IMG/VR virus record: IMGVR_UViG_3300020314_000002
Coordinates: 1 to 40,112 of that record
Strand: one strand, 5' to 3'
Length of the DNA stretch: 40,112 nucleotides
From: a virus
Lineage: Duplodnaviria; Caudoviricetes
A program made the position numbers and the translations under genes. Numbering within the stretch: the first letter of the stretch is position 1; each line of letters begins with the position of its first letter. Below, one piece after another: positions 1-10,440 of the stretch. The notes below the pieces were generated by a model. The model was not told the origin of the DNA. It searched no databases and saw only the letters and a program-made list of their open reading frames with translations.

Positions 1-55
1 CTTTTACTTTTAATATCATGTGGAAACAATGGCTATTGAATATATAAGACGTACA
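1..55. repeat. Terminal direct repeat, left copy (circular-assembly overlap)
   Basis: cttttacttt...aagacgtaca at 1-55 is identical to 40058-40112. Confidence 0.95.
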
Positions 56-412
56 CCAACGCAAAACCAAGAATATTTTAACCAACAATTAACTCAAGCA
101 GTTAATACAATGGTTAATAGATTAAATATACCTTATGAAAAAGTAAGGGTGGCTAGTTATAGTGTAAAAGTAGATGATATGTTTCTTGATGTCAGTGTAA
201 ATCAAGCAACAACACTTACTTTGCCAAAGTCACCACCAATAGGCACTAATTTAATTATAAAGGATAGCAGTGGCAGTGCTAATACGCACAACATAACAAT
301 CACTGCAAACAGTGGAAACACTATTGAGGGGTCAGCAAACAAAATAATTAACACAAATTATGGAGTGTTAAGCATAATATATGATGGCACAAACAAGTGG
401 CTTACCTTTTAA
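29..412 (+). CDS. Small tail-associated structural protein
   Basis: ATG at 29 is more likely than GTG at 20. Beta-rich 'TLTLP...IIKDSSGSANTHNITI...TIEG...INTNYG' pattern seen in phage tail proteins. Follows the nozzle gene across the circular junction. Confidence 0.6.
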   Translation: MAIEYIRRTPTQNQEYFNQQLTQAVNTMVNRLNIPYEKVRVASYSVKVDDMFLDVSVNQATTLTLPKSPPIGTNLIIKDSSGSANTHNITITANSGNTIEGSANKIINTNYGVLSIIYDGTNKWLTF

Positions 413-842
413 GGTAGTCTTTTTACCAAAAGAAAAGGTTAAAGAAATCTTTTGGCTTATTAAAGATGACTTAAACAACATCTTAGTAAAAGCAGAAAAC
501 GGATATGACGTTAATGATGTTTACAATGAACTCGTTAATGGTGATATGCAACTATGGTTAGTCTGGGATAGCGAGAACAAAACACATAAAGGTTTTGTAA
601 TTACTGAAATACTAGAAAGACCACAATTTAAAATAGGGTCAGTTTTTGTAATGACTGGCACTGAACGTAAAAGATGGCAATATGTCGCTATGCAAAATCT
701 AATGGAATATGCAAAAGCAAATGGTTGTCATAAAGCAATTTGTCTGGCCAGAAAAGGTTGGTCAAAAGTATTTAAGGCTTATGGATTTAAAGACACACAT
801 TTGGCCTTAGAAATTAACTTAACAAACAAAGAGGATAAATAA
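381..842 (+). CDS. GNAT-fold (acetyltransferase-like) virion assembly protein
   Basis: 'QLWLVWD...GFVITEI...EYAKANGC...ARKGWSKVFKAYGF' pattern. Sits before the ejection genes, as T7 gp13-like genes do. Confidence 0.6.
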   Translation: MMAQTSGLPFKVVFLPKEKVKEIFWLIKDDLNNILVKAENGYDVNDVYNELVNGDMQLWLVWDSENKTHKGFVITEILERPQFKIGSVFVMTGTERKRWQYVAMQNLMEYAKANGCHKAICLARKGWSKVFKAYGFKDTHLALEINLTNKEDK

Positions 843-843
843 T

Positions 844-1830
844 ATGAGTTTAGGTGGCAGTCGTAAAAAATCGAGTGAATCTAGCAGTGGTACAAGTGAG
901 GTAAAACCTTACGCACCTACTGAACCCTATATTGAAGAAATATTAAAGGGTGCTAAAGCTGAGTACGATAAAGGCAATAAAGAATATTTAGGTGGGTATG
1001 ATTATAATAATCTTTATGCAGACCCTACAAAAGAAATGCTTGATATGGAAAAATATGGAAGTGAAATGTATAAAAACTTTCAACCAGACGCATTTAAAGA
1101 CGTAACATCTGCATACAATTCATATCTCAGTGGTGACCCAACAACAGCAGGTGGTGGCTATCTATCAAATTTTCTAAAGACTGGTAGAACTGGAACTAGC
1201 TTAGATGATTTTAATGCAGGTAAAGGCCTAAATGCTTACGACATGATGAGTGCAGATGGTGGCAAGTCTTATCTTGATGATTTCTTGTCTAGCACTACTG
1301 ACCAAATAACTAATAGAATTGGCTCAGAGTTTGCAGGTATGGGTAGATATGGTGGCAGTGGTGCGTATGCTAATGCAGTAGGCTCTGGTGTATCTGACGC
1401 AGTATTACCATACATGGTTGAACTTGCTGAAAATGAAAGAGCAAGACAATTTACTGGCAATCAAGATTACATACAGAATATGTATAACGCAGGTGCAGAT
1501 ATTTCTGCATTATTAGGTGACGCAGGTGCAAACTTGAACAATACTGAGGCTAACTTATTAGCAAACTATGGCGATTTTCAAACTGGTTTATATGATTTAG
1601 CAGACACTTCACTTGCTGACTCTTATGGTTATGCAGGTATGGACAATTTCAGAAAAGATAGAAAAGCAGAAATGGATATGTCTAAAATGATGTATGACCA
1701 AGACGCATACGGAATGAGACTTATGGACTTTGCAGATTTAATAAACTCTTACGCATTTGGATTTCCTACTAAACTTACAAGTGGTACGTCTAGTGGTAAG
1801 TCAAGTGGATTTGGATTTGGAATAGGATAG
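844..1830 (+). CDS. Internal virion / DNA ejection protein
   Basis: N-terminal 'MSLGGS..SSS..VKPYAP', G/A/S-rich, 'FAGMGRYGGSGA'; podovirus synteny. Confidence 0.6.
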   Translation: MSLGGSRKKSSESSSGTSEVKPYAPTEPYIEEILKGAKAEYDKGNKEYLGGYDYNNLYADPTKEMLDMEKYGSEMYKNFQPDAFKDVTSAYNSYLSGDPTTAGGGYLSNFLKTGRTGTSLDDFNAGKGLNAYDMMSADGGKSYLDDFLSSTTDQITNRIGSEFAGMGRYGGSGAYANAVGSGVSDAVLPYMVELAENERARQFTGNQDYIQNMYNAGADISALLGDAGANLNNTEANLLANYGDFQTGLYDLADTSLADSYGYAGMDNFRKDRKAEMDMSKMMYDQDAYGMRLMDFADLINSYAFGFPTKLTSGTSSGKSSGFGFGIG

Positions 1831-1834
1831 ATTT

Positions 1835-2095
1835 ATGAGCAATTTTGTTAAAGAAGCATACGATAAGTGGTTAAAAAATTATGGCAAAGGTCAAAAGTCT
1901 AGTAGTGGTAAATATGGACAAGGCAGTTATATGAATCTTGCACCTAACCTAAATTTAAATTCAGTCGTACAAGAAATAGGTGGTATGCCCATAAGACCAC
2001 CACAATTTGGCAGATTAGCAAATAGAGTTAATCAAAATAGAGCAAGACAATTTGGTTTATTAAGAAATGAAAGATTGAAAGGATTATTAGGGTAA
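1835..2095 (+). CDS. Hypothetical protein (possible minor virion protein)
   Basis: 86 aa, stop overlaps next start (TAATG), ends in GLLG. Confidence 0.5.
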   Translation: MSNFVKEAYDKWLKNYGKGQKSSSGKYGQGSYMNLAPNLNLNSVVQEIGGMPIRPPQFGRLANRVNQNRARQFGLLRNERLKGLLG

Positions 2096-4080
2096 TGACT
2101 GAATTTAGTTTTAACAAAAATATATTTGGCAACAATGTTCAAAGAAAAGAAAATATGCAAAATAATATTTTAGGCTTAAATAACATATATAACAATGTGC
2201 AAGATAATTTTAATCAATATCAAGGTTTAATTAACAATGTACAACCCAATGTAACAAAACCAGTTTACGACCCATCTACAAATGCAGGTTTGCCAATCAG
2301 TCAAGTTGCACCACCTAGTTATAATTTTGAAACTGCAACTGAATACCCAGAATATGTAACTGCACCTTTAAACAATTTTCAAAAATTATCTCAATTATTT
2401 GGCACACAATATCCTAGTCTAGCTGAAAAAAAAGCAGTGTACGATATTTTGTCAAATCTTACTGACGCAGAAAGAACTGCTTACAATATAGACCCAGAGG
2501 GTTTTATGTCTAAATACATGGAACGATTTATGCAACAACCATCTGATAGAAGAATTGTAAATATTGATGGTGTACAAAATTGGATTATGAATGATGGCAC
2601 AACAATCCCAGTAAGTGAATTTGATAAACCTAATGCTAGACCAACTATTGAAATAGATGGACAACAATATTATTCAGATGTATCGCCACCACAATTAGTA
2701 TTAAAAGGTGATGAACCAGATTATCAATATAAAGAGGGGTGGATTATTGACCAACTTGCTATTTATGATGACCAATTAACTAATATTAAAGCGCAACTAA
2801 TAAATGACCCTAACAATCCTAATTTGTTAAAAGAACAATTAAGAATAGAAAGAGCAAAAAGGATTTTACTAGGTGAAGATGTTAGCAGTGAAACAAATAT
2901 TAACGAGATTGATAGAGTAGATAGACCAGATAATTTAGACCCACAAAATCTAGTAGATAGTAAAAACCTTTTAACATCTGATATTAAAGCATGGCAGACA
3001 GAATTTGCAAAAAGCGCAATGAATATGTCAAACCAAATACAAATTAAAAATACTTTCCAACCAGAGTATTTACAACTTGGTGGTAAGACTAATGTTTGGT
3101 GGAGTAATTGGCTTGATAAAAATAATCCAAAAGCAGGTGTTAATAGACGTGATGAAATATTTGTAGATGAATTTGGCAACACAAAAATAAATCAACAAAC
3201 TGGTAGAGAAATGACTAATGGCGAGTTTACTGATTTTGCAAACGAATGGTATGCTAACTCACTGCAAGGTCAAAACATGGCTATTAGGGCGCAAACTGGA
3301 GCAGTGATGAACATTAACGAGACTGGTCGTATTTTGAAATCTATGCCAGATAGTGGATTTGCTAACCCAGATGATGGTGGCATATTATCACTGCCAAAAA
3401 GATTATTGTCTGGTGACTCACCATTTGCTTTTGCAATTAAACAAGATGATTTAATGGGTGATTTAGCAAAAGTTCACATTAGAACTGCTATTATACAAAG
3501 AAATCAACTTGCAGTACCAGATATTTCTATTAAACATTTAATTTCACCTGATGGTAAAAAAATATCATTAGAAGAATGGCAAGACCTACCTTACGAAGAA
3601 CAATTTACAAGTGGTGGAATAGAAAGATACAAAGTTGTGTACAACAACCCAGAGGAAGTTGGTGAGTTTGTAGAAACACCATACAAATGGTCTAAAGGTA
3701 TTTATCAAGATGGCAGTGAAATGACTCTTGATAGTGTTTGGAAAACAGAAAAGAAAATTGTCAAACTTGAAAGTGGTCAAGAAAGAGTTGTGTGGGAACA
3801 TAGTGGCTATGTGCCAGATGAGATGTATTCTATTGCTGATAATATTTTAGAAACTGGCTCTTTTGAACCAGTACATTATCAAATTGCTGAACAACAAGGT
3901 GTAGACAAAGCAACTTTAGATGGCTTACTTCAAACTGGTAAACGTGAGGCAATTTTTGGAATTGTTGCAATGCCATTAGTGTTAAATGGTTACGGATTGA
4001 CAACAGACGCAGTTCCATATTCTGGCAAAGGCCTACAACAAATAATGTTAAATTATCAATTTCGTAATAAAAGTAATTAA
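2095..4080 (+). CDS. Internal virion / ejection protein
   Basis: 661 aa, N/Q-rich N-terminus, position in the ejection gene block. Confidence 0.55.
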   Translation: MTEFSFNKNIFGNNVQRKENMQNNILGLNNIYNNVQDNFNQYQGLINNVQPNVTKPVYDPSTNAGLPISQVAPPSYNFETATEYPEYVTAPLNNFQKLSQLFGTQYPSLAEKKAVYDILSNLTDAERTAYNIDPEGFMSKYMERFMQQPSDRRIVNIDGVQNWIMNDGTTIPVSEFDKPNARPTIEIDGQQYYSDVSPPQLVLKGDEPDYQYKEGWIIDQLAIYDDQLTNIKAQLINDPNNPNLLKEQLRIERAKRILLGEDVSSETNINEIDRVDRPDNLDPQNLVDSKNLLTSDIKAWQTEFAKSAMNMSNQIQIKNTFQPEYLQLGGKTNVWWSNWLDKNNPKAGVNRRDEIFVDEFGNTKINQQTGREMTNGEFTDFANEWYANSLQGQNMAIRAQTGAVMNINETGRILKSMPDSGFANPDDGGILSLPKRLLSGDSPFAFAIKQDDLMGDLAKVHIRTAIIQRNQLAVPDISIKHLISPDGKKISLEEWQDLPYEEQFTSGGIERYKVVYNNPEEVGEFVETPYKWSKGIYQDGSEMTLDSVWKTEKKIVKLESGQERVVWEHSGYVPDEMYSIADNILETGSFEPVHYQIAEQQGVDKATLDGLLQTGKREAIFGIVAMPLVLNGYGLTTDAVPYSGKGLQQIMLNYQFRNKSN

Positions 4081-4082
4081 AT

Positions 4083-6443
4083 ATGAGTGAAAATTATTGG
4101 ATAGTAGATTCAGCAGTAGAGGATAATAGTTCTACTGTTGATGAGATGAAGAAAAATGTAAAAGAAAACACGTTATCCGTAAATCCAAATTTAGGTCAAT
4201 ATTTAACTAATACTGCTTTGACTACTGCAAGAGCAGTGCCGAGAGCAGGTTCATATTTATTAGATATTCCTAACCTTATAGGTGAGGGTATAGCTTATGG
4301 TAAATATAAGACTGGTTTGTTAGACCAAAGTAAATATGGTGACGCAGGTTATCAAGGCTTTGGCACTGCAATTCCAAGTTTGCTAGAACAAGATAATGCA
4401 AATCCATTGTTAAATGTCTTTCAACCATTTGGTGCTAATTTAAGAGAGTCAAATCCATTAAGTTTATTTGATGATAAAGACAAAATTTCTGGTGCAGGTT
4501 ATGGCATATTGCCAAGTGAACCAACAGTAACATTTGCAACAGACTTTGCAGTGTTTGACAAATTTGGTTTAAATAAAATACCAAAATGGGCAGGTGGTTC
4601 TAGTGCATTTAAAAATCCTTTTGGTGGTATGCAATCTGCTCAAGCAATACGTTCAGCAATCATTGGTGGTGGTGCATACAATCTTGGAATGTTTGATAGT
4701 ATGGCAGGTATAAGTGCAACAATAGTTGCAGACGTTATAAGTAGAAAAGTTACAAGCAAAGTAGGTGGTAACAATACAAAAGAATACCTAGAAAGAGTTC
4801 TTGGTCCAGAGGGTTTAAATCAAATTAAATATTCACAATGGTCACCTCTTATTGAGAACGTAAAACAACTTGATGATATATGGATTAATTGGACTGGTAG
4901 CAAAAGAAGTGTTGCAGATTTATTAGACGATTCAAGAGTCAACAACATTGTTGGTTCGTTACAAGGTTCAGAGGCAGGACAAAGAATATTAGCTGAGTTC
5001 TTTGTGCAACGTGGTTTGCAGTTTGATAAAACTATCCAAGAAAGATTTAAGCCATATTTAGATATGGTAAAAGATAACTCTGGTAGAATTTTAGGTAAAA
5101 ATGCAGTTGATAACATGGTCAAACATTATGATGGTGTTAATGCAAAATGGCGAGAAATAATAGGTAAAGATAATTTAAATGCAAAAGTTTCAGACCAAAT
5201 GAAACTTGACATGAACCTTATATTAAAAGAATCAGAACGATTAAAAAAATCTGGTACTACACCAAGTAATTTATCTTTCTTGGAAACAGAGGTAATTCCA
5301 TCATTCTTTAATGTAGAAAAAAGAGTATTAAGAGATAAAAATGGAAAAATTAGATATGACGCAAATAGAAATAAAATGTATGAAACAATTTATACACCAA
5401 AAGAATTTACCAGTGTAAATGACTTTATAACATTAAGAAATAATCTTAACGCAAAATTACAAAGTGTAGATAGCAAGTCAAAAGCCATGTATGGCAAAGA
5501 CGCAGAAAATGTTATTAAAATAATTGATGAACAAATTATTGGTAAAAATGTAAATAGATATGGTGAGGCACAAACATATAAAGCTGACCAAGTAAAAACT
5601 TTTAACCAGATGAATGAGTTGACTGTTGATGTGTTTGGTAGTTGGGAACAATTAGGTAAGACTGGCAATTCCTCAAATCTTGCAGGTACACAATTCATGG
5701 ATAAAACTTTGAAGTTTATGGCCTCAAATCCTAGTCCAAACACAATACAAGCATTTATAAAAATGCTTAAAAATACTGGTAATGGTGCAGTGCTAGAACA
5801 ACTTATGCCATATTACATTTCTAAAAAACTTACAAATGTAATTAAAGATGGCAAAAAAGCTGAATTTAACCAAGTTAAAATTTATGAGGCCTTAGTACAA
5901 ACATCTGACGATTATAAAAATTTAAACAACTGGTTTGAACAAATTAATAAAAATTTAAATCCAAATCAAAAAATTACACATAGTTCATTTAAAAAATCAT
6001 TAGACGAATTTAAAATAATTTCTGATGAAATGTTTAGACCAATTAAAAATTCTAATACTTTTGAAAAAATTAAATTTCAAGAGACTATGTCAAAAAGTTC
6101 ATCTGCTAATCTTTTGTCTATTTTAAAATTAGATTTTGCATTAGGTACAGTTGGTTCATTAAAGGAATGGGCATTTAACACTAACACAAAAATGTTAGCT
6201 GAACTTATAAAATCACCAGATGGTGTTGCCTTACTTAATGCACTTGGAAAAGCAAGTAATAAAGAGCAAAAATTAAGAATAATGGAAACTATTTATAAAA
6301 ATTATTCAGTTGCTTATGCTGATACTTTCCCAGATAGAAAAGCAGAAACTATCAAAAGAGAAAGAATAGACCAAGTAGAAAATGAACAACTAGAGGCAGA
6401 AAGACAAAGAAATGAGATGATTGAATATTGGAGTAGTCAATAA
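4083..6443 (+). CDS. Large internal virion / ejection protein
   Basis: 786 aa, mostly helical-looking with a hydrophobic Gly-rich segment; synteny. Confidence 0.55.
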   Translation: MSENYWIVDSAVEDNSSTVDEMKKNVKENTLSVNPNLGQYLTNTALTTARAVPRAGSYLLDIPNLIGEGIAYGKYKTGLLDQSKYGDAGYQGFGTAIPSLLEQDNANPLLNVFQPFGANLRESNPLSLFDDKDKISGAGYGILPSEPTVTFATDFAVFDKFGLNKIPKWAGGSSAFKNPFGGMQSAQAIRSAIIGGGAYNLGMFDSMAGISATIVADVISRKVTSKVGGNNTKEYLERVLGPEGLNQIKYSQWSPLIENVKQLDDIWINWTGSKRSVADLLDDSRVNNIVGSLQGSEAGQRILAEFFVQRGLQFDKTIQERFKPYLDMVKDNSGRILGKNAVDNMVKHYDGVNAKWREIIGKDNLNAKVSDQMKLDMNLILKESERLKKSGTTPSNLSFLETEVIPSFFNVEKRVLRDKNGKIRYDANRNKMYETIYTPKEFTSVNDFITLRNNLNAKLQSVDSKSKAMYGKDAENVIKIIDEQIIGKNVNRYGEAQTYKADQVKTFNQMNELTVDVFGSWEQLGKTGNSSNLAGTQFMDKTLKFMASNPSPNTIQAFIKMLKNTGNGAVLEQLMPYYISKKLTNVIKDGKKAEFNQVKIYEALVQTSDDYKNLNNWFEQINKNLNPNQKITHSSFKKSLDEFKIISDEMFRPIKNSNTFEKIKFQETMSKSSSANLLSILKLDFALGTVGSLKEWAFNTNTKMLAELIKSPDGVALLNALGKASNKEQKLRIMETIYKNYSVAYADTFPDRKAETIKRERIDQVENEQLEAERQRNEMIEYWSSQ

Positions 6444-7600
6444 TGAGTATAACTGCATGGAGTACAACTGCTAGTCAAAATGGTAACAGATTAGTTTCTG
6501 GCAATTATTTAGAGCAACAATCACCATCAACATTGAATGACGCAGGGCGAAGTGTTATGGCTCAAATAAGGTCATGGGCAAACAACATAGAATGGTTTGA
6601 GTATGGCACTGGGTCAAATACAGTGGCTTATACAAGAGTATCAGCAACACAAATAACTATGCCAGTTAATGTTGTTGACCAATTTCATGTTAATAGGCGA
6701 GTTAAGATTGTAGATGGGCAAGGTGCAACACTATATGGTAGAATAACAAGTAGTTCTTTTAACTCACCTAATACTGCTTTAACATTTGAATTTGATAGTG
6801 GTTCATTAGGTTCTGGTAATCCAACATCAGTTTCTTATGGAATTGTATCTGCAACAAACACATCATTGCCTAGTGTAGTTCCAACTGGAACAATATTAAT
6901 GACTGGGGGTGCAAGTGCTGACTCTGGTTATTTAATTTGTGATGGCACTGCTTACTCAAGAACAACTTACTCTGCATTATTTACTAAAATAGGAACTACT
7001 TTTGGGGTTGGTAATGGTAGCAGTACATTTAACGTACCAAATTTACAAGCAAAGTTTCCATTAGGTAAATCTGGTTCACATGGTTTAGGTACAACTGGTG
7101 GTGCATTTGCACAAACACCTGCAGGAACTAACTCAGCACCAACTTTTACTGGCTCATCATCAAGTGTAAGTGGTTCAGTAGCATTAAGTGGTAATACTGG
7201 CTCACATTCATTAACAGAAAGCCAATTACCATCACACTCACACTATTTATTTGCAAATCATTCAATGAATGGAAATACCTCAACTGATTGGGCAAGAATT
7301 AATAATAGTGCAACTGGCAATGGTTACGATAAATCAGCTTCAATAGAATATTATCAAGCCTCTGGTTCAGATGATTTTAAATATCGTATTGCTTTTGATA
7401 CTGCTAATGCAACACCATCTTTACACCCATCTAGTTCAGTTGGTAGTGGCAGTGGTCATACTCACTCATTAAGTGGCACATTAAATTTAAGTGGTGGAAC
7501 TGTAACACCAAATGGTTCAGTATCAGCACCTAACTTTACTGGTAATGTAATGGACATGACTAACCCTTATGTTGCATTAAATTATCAAATTAAATACTAG
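6443..7600 (+). CDS. Tail fibre protein 1 with tail-collar domain
   Basis: 'PTGTIL...GYLICDGTAYSRTTYSALFTKIGTTFG.G.GSSTFNVPNLQAKFPLG' collar motif; 'LTESQLPSHSH' and 'GHTH' HxH motifs; C-terminal 'PYVALNYQIKY'. Confidence 0.9.
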   Translation: MSITAWSTTASQNGNRLVSGNYLEQQSPSTLNDAGRSVMAQIRSWANNIEWFEYGTGSNTVAYTRVSATQITMPVNVVDQFHVNRRVKIVDGQGATLYGRITSSSFNSPNTALTFEFDSGSLGSGNPTSVSYGIVSATNTSLPSVVPTGTILMTGGASADSGYLICDGTAYSRTTYSALFTKIGTTFGVGNGSSTFNVPNLQAKFPLGKSGSHGLGTTGGAFAQTPAGTNSAPTFTGSSSSVSGSVALSGNTGSHSLTESQLPSHSHYLFANHSMNGNTSTDWARINNSATGNGYDKSASIEYYQASGSDDFKYRIAFDTANATPSLHPSSSVGSGSGHTHSLSGTLNLSGGTVTPNGSVSAPNFTGNVMDMTNPYVALNYQIKY

Positions 7601-7609
7601 GAATAAAAT

Positions 7610-8746
7610 ATGGGAATAGAAAATTTCAGAACAACACCTGCTAACAATGGCAACGTATTAGCCACTGGTTCATTTCAAGAAAACCAAAGTCCAAGTTCTG
7701 TTAATGATGGTGCTAGACAATTAATTGCAGATATTAAGTCATGGTATCTTGAGGCAGAATGGATTGAGGTAGGCAATGGTCAAACTGCAACAACATACAC
7801 TAGGGTCAATGGTACTCAAGTAACGATTGCCTCTAATGTTACTTCTTATTATACAAATGGTCGTAGAGTTAAATTAGTAGATGGTACTGGCACTACTTTA
7901 TATGGTCAGATTACTAATGTTGCATTTAACTCACCAAATACAACTATAACAATGTCATTTGATGGTGGTGGGTCTATTGGGTCTGGTACTATTACAAGTT
8001 TAAAACTTGGTATTGTAAACCCTGCAAACACTTCAATTCCATCAACCTCACCAACTGGGTCAATAGTTATGTGGTCTGGCACATCAATAATAGATGGTTG
8101 GTTATTTGCTGATGGTTCATTAAAAAACAAAACTGATTACCCAGATTTATTTGCAGTCTTAGGTAATACTTATGGAACACAAACATCAAGCCAATTTTAT
8201 TTACCTAACTTGCAAGACAGATTTATTTTAGGCAAAGGGTCAACGTACTCTACATTAGGTGCTACTGGTGGCTCTGCTACTGTTACACCAACTGGAACAA
8301 ATTCTGCACCAACTTTTACTGGTAGTGCCTTTACACCATCTGGCTCAATTTCTATCAGTGGTTCTACTGGTGGTCATGCTTTAACTCAAGCAGAACTACC
8401 TAGTCACTTTCACTATCTTGTTTACAACCAAAATTTGACAACAAATAGTATTAATCTCTTTTCAACTGCACAAAAAGAATATGCCATTAATAAAGGTAAT
8501 AATGGTGGCATGGGTTCATCTGATACACATTTACAATCAGCAAATTCAAGTTCTGTAACTGCTGACGCAGGTCGTTCATCAAGTGTAGGTAGTGGAACTG
8601 CACATAGCCATAGTTTAAATGCAACTGGTACATTTACTGGTTCAGCAGGAACACCTGCAGGTTCAGTATCAGCACCAACTTTCACTGGCAATAGTGTCTC
8701 AACCCTCTCACCATATATAACCATGAGTTATATTATTAAGACTTAA
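7610..8746 (+). CDS. Tail fibre protein 2 with tail-collar domain (paralogue of fibre 1)
   Basis: 'PTGSIVMW...GWLFADG...YPDLFAVLGNTYG...LPNLQDRFILG'; 'LTQAELPSHFH', 'AHSH', 'PYITMSYIIKT'; colinear with fibre 1. Confidence 0.9.
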   Translation: MGIENFRTTPANNGNVLATGSFQENQSPSSVNDGARQLIADIKSWYLEAEWIEVGNGQTATTYTRVNGTQVTIASNVTSYYTNGRRVKLVDGTGTTLYGQITNVAFNSPNTTITMSFDGGGSIGSGTITSLKLGIVNPANTSIPSTSPTGSIVMWSGTSIIDGWLFADGSLKNKTDYPDLFAVLGNTYGTQTSSQFYLPNLQDRFILGKGSTYSTLGATGGSATVTPTGTNSAPTFTGSAFTPSGSISISGSTGGHALTQAELPSHFHYLVYNQNLTTNSINLFSTAQKEYAINKGNNGGMGSSDTHLQSANSSSVTADAGRSSSVGSGTAHSHSLNATGTFTGSAGTPAGSVSAPTFTGNSVSTLSPYITMSYIIKT

Positions 8747-8748
8747 TT

Positions 8749-8985
8749 ATGAGTACAAAAAAAATATTAGATAAAATAGAAACTATACAAGAAGATGTTC
8801 ATAATATTAAGATGAGTCATAAACTCATGGAAAAAGATTTAAAAATTATGAAAGATAATCACTGGTATCATACTGAAAAAAGTCTTGCACATTTGTGGAA
8901 GTGGTCACTATTTATTGGCATATTAATTCTTATCATGTTTGTTGATGAGGCTCGAACAATAATATTTGAACATATTATAAAATAA
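8749..8985 (+). CDS. Small coiled-coil plus one-TM protein (lysis region)
   Basis: 78 aa, hydrophobic 'WSLFIGILILIMFV' after a coiled-coil-like N-terminus. Confidence 0.55.
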   Translation: MSTKKILDKIETIQEDVHNIKMSHKLMEKDLKIMKDNHWYHTEKSLAHLWKWSLFIGILILIMFVDEARTIIFEHIIK

Positions 8986-8998
8986 ATTTATTTACATT

Positions 8999-9358
8999 TT
9001 GACAAAAACTAACGCACAAAAAGGTGTGTGGGCAGAACAAATTGCCAAAGCACACTTTTCTACAAAGAAGAATTGTATTGTGTTTGAACCCATAGGTGGC
9101 ATTGGCTTATGCGATTTAATGGTACTAAACACTGCCACTGGTGAAATCACAAAGTATGATGTGAAATATGGTGGACAGAGATTTCTTTTTAACAGAGGAA
9201 ATAAAAATGGAAATGGTGGTTTACGTTTAATCCATAGAGTTCCAAGCGAAAAACAAAAAAAATTAAACATCAACTTAATTTACGTTATGGCAGATGGCAC
9301 AATTAGAGAGCCAAAATCTGAAACAAGGGTAAGGGGTAAGGGTAACAATGCAAAATGA
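8999..9358 (+). CDS. PD-(D/E)XK-like endonuclease
   Basis: 'KGVWAEQIA...CDLMVL...YDVK' matches the E...D...(D/E)xK arrangement; TTG start uncertain. Confidence 0.55.
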   Translation: MTKTNAQKGVWAEQIAKAHFSTKKNCIVFEPIGGIGLCDLMVLNTATGEITKYDVKYGGQRFLFNRGNKNGNGGLRLIHRVPSEKQKKLNINLIYVMADGTIREPKSETRVRGKGNNAK

Positions 9359-9806
9359 AGAACTAATACTTGAAGAACAACCAGTAAAATATTTAGATTG
9401 GAACTATCCATATTTTACAGTCAATGAAATGGTATGTCAGCACACTGGCTATCTTGGGTTTAATGAACGATTTATGGATAGTCTTGTCACATTAAGAGAG
9501 AAGTGTGGTTTTGGTTTTCCAGTGACCAGTTATTATCGCCATGCCGATTATATTAACATTGGAAACTCACACCCCATAGAACGAAAAAAATTAGAGGCTA
9601 CTGGGAAAGCAGGTAGTCATGCCAGTGGCAAAGCTATTGACATAGGTGTTGATAGAGAAAGAGCCTTTATATTATTACGCACTGCTATGGATATGGGCAT
9701 ATTTACTGGCATAGGTGTCAACCAGAAAGGCAATAGTAGATTTATACATCTTGACACTTGTAATGCGTCAGATGGATTTACTAGACCAACGATATGGAGT
9801 TATTAA
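9348..9806 (+). CDS. Endolysin, peptidase M15 family
   Basis: 'YFTVNEMVC...VTSYYR...SHASGKAIDI...GIGV...FIHLD' Zn-binding H-x6-D...H. Confidence 0.9.
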   Translation: MQNEELILEEQPVKYLDWNYPYFTVNEMVCQHTGYLGFNERFMDSLVTLREKCGFGFPVTSYYRHADYINIGNSHPIERKKLEATGKAGSHASGKAIDIGVDRERAFILLRTAMDMGIFTGIGVNQKGNSRFIHLDTCNASDGFTRPTIWSY

Positions 9807-10027
9807 ACATTTGGGTAGTAACAGTGGTGTTAAGTTTTTTAAATGCACCAGATTACAAGTCTACTTATCAAAAAGTAAAATTTAATAGTGAAAATTTATG
9901 CCAAGAATTTTTGCATGATAACCTCATTATTTTAGAACATGATTTGATTCATGTTTTTGAAACCCAAAAAGAAGAATTAATTAAAATAAATTTTGATTGT
10001 GAAATCATTAAAGGCGAGGAAGTATGA
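9794..10027 (+). CDS. Hypothetical exported/membrane protein (lysis region)
   Basis: N-terminal hydrophobic stretch, two Cys; overlaps both flanking genes. Confidence 0.5.
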   Translation: MELLNIWVVTVVLSFLNAPDYKSTYQKVKFNSENLCQEFLHDNLIILEHDLIHVFETQKEELIKINFDCEIIKGEEV

Positions 10028-10440
10028 ACCCATTATTATTTATTAAACCATTATTAGGTGTTGCAAAACCACTATTAGGTTTAGGTGGTGGCCTATTAAA
10101 AAATCCAGTTGTGGATTTGGTGGTTAGTAAGACCACTGGTGCTATTGAACACAAAATGCAAAAAGATAAAATTATTAGAGCCAAAGAAATTGAGGGTGCA
10201 ACTAAAATAGACATTGCTCATATCAATGCACAAAAAGACTCAATAAAAGACGAGGTAGTTGTTTGTGTGTTTCTGGGATTGTTAATCTGTCACTTTGTTC
10301 CATTTATGCAACCACACATGGAAAAAGGTTGGGCAATTTTACAATCTGCTGACCCTATGTTTTGGATTATGATTTCAATAGTTGTTTCAGCAAGTATGGG
10401 AGTCACTGGTCTAAACAAAATTATTTCAAAGAAGAAGTAA
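10024..10440 (+). CDS. Probable holin
   Basis: 'KDEVVVCVFLGLLICHF...GWAIL...WIMISIVVSASMG' TM segments, basic C-tail, next to the endolysin. Confidence 0.7.
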   Translation: MNPLLFIKPLLGVAKPLLGLGGGLLKNPVVDLVVSKTTGAIEHKMQKDKIIRAKEIEGATKIDIAHINAQKDSIKDEVVVCVFLGLLICHFVPFMQPHMEKGWAILQSADPMFWIMISIVVSASMGVTGLNKIISKKK

